Assembly: GCA_963700635.1 (NCBI GenBank)
Contig: CAVOYH010000004.1
Location: 768,001-832,000 of the forward strand
Reading direction: 5' to 3'
Length of the DNA stretch: 64,000 nt
From: an uncultured Bacteroidota bacterium
GTDB taxonomy: Bacteria > Bacteroidota > Ignavibacteria > UBA10030 > UBA6906
Shown one piece after another: positions 63,558 to 64,000 of the stretch (the stretch's first letter is position 1; each line of letters opens with the position of its first letter). The notes beneath the pieces were generated by a model. It was not told where the DNA came from, searched no databases, and worked only from the letters and a program-made list of their open reading frames with translations. A program made the translations under genes and the position numbers.

Positions 63558-64000
63558 ATGGATGTTCTGAACAGCATAGCGCTGCCTCAATCGACGGAGC
63601 ATTTTCATCTGCTTCTGTTCGTGTATAACCTGGTGATGCTCATGGCGATGCCGTATATCGCCCTGCTGACCGGGGCTCTTGTGCTGGCGGTGTGGGCTGA
63701 CAGGAAGAACCAGATGGGCGCCGACCCCTACGGCAGGCACCTCTCCCGCACGATCGTCCACGCAGTGCTTCCGTCAAAGTCGGTATTCCTGTATATGGGC
63801 ATATTGCCGTCACTGTCGATGGTCTTTGTGTACGCACAGCTCCTGCAGGGTACGCCCGCGCTGGCGACCGGCTTCGCAGCACTGGGAGTGCTCCTCCTCC
63901 TTTGTGCCGGTATTGCGGGGTTCTTTTTCCAGTACACATTTCGGATCGAGGACGTCCTCGCGCACATAGCAAGAGCCAAGACTCCGTCTGCCGAGGTGGT
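63558..64000 (+). CDS. polytopic membrane protein (3' truncated; not in the ORF track)
   Basis: ATG at 63558 opens MDVLNSIALPQSTEHFHLLLFVYNLVMLM...; frame open to the window end with several hydrophobic helices. Confidence 0.7.
   Translation, partial: MDVLNSIALPQSTEHFHLLLFVYNLVMLMAMPYIALLTGALVLAVWADRKNQMGADPYGRHLSRTIVHAVLPSKSVFLYMGILPSLSMVFVYAQLLQGTPALATGFAALGVLLLLCAGIAGFFFQYTFRIEDVLAHIARAKTPSAEV

Overview
This is a GC-rich bacterial chromosome segment. The gene content (bshC, an alternative complex III-cytochrome oxidase supercluster, a split methylmalonyl-CoA mutase, long IF2) suggests an Ignavibacteria-like FCB-group organism; this is inferred. Most of the window is housekeeping: a SAM-I riboswitch-controlled metY-metX-lysC-asd operon, purF-ftsY-mutL, ispF-lnt-ltaE, the rimP-nusA-infB-rbfA-truB-ribF-rpsO-pnp operon, bshC and actA-F/sco/cox. 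Two accessory loci stand out. (1) At 15.4-24.3 kb, in a mostly lower-GC region, is a candidate peptide-signalling system. Its core is an 86-aa secreted precursor with four identical SGVPVIPDSPRP cores that differ only at synonymous codon positions, and it has its own promoter, structured 5' leader and terminator. It is transcribed divergently from an orphan 8-TM receptor-like protein and a sensor-less, GAFTGA-less NtrC-type regulator. On its other side are a site-2 protease and an ECF sigma / anti-sigma / periplasmic TPR-CHAT protease trio. (2) At 7.2-14.0 kb is a GntR-regulated operon encoding a DAP-dehydrogenase-like enzyme, a SelA-like PLP enzyme, an unusual fused cobalamin-dependent mutase, a small dimerisation-domain-like protein and a KamB-like reactivase. 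It looks like an uncharacterised B12-radical amino-acid catabolic pathway. Several genes carry single-base frameshifts that are probably assembly errors. All calls come from motif reading only; no database searches were run.
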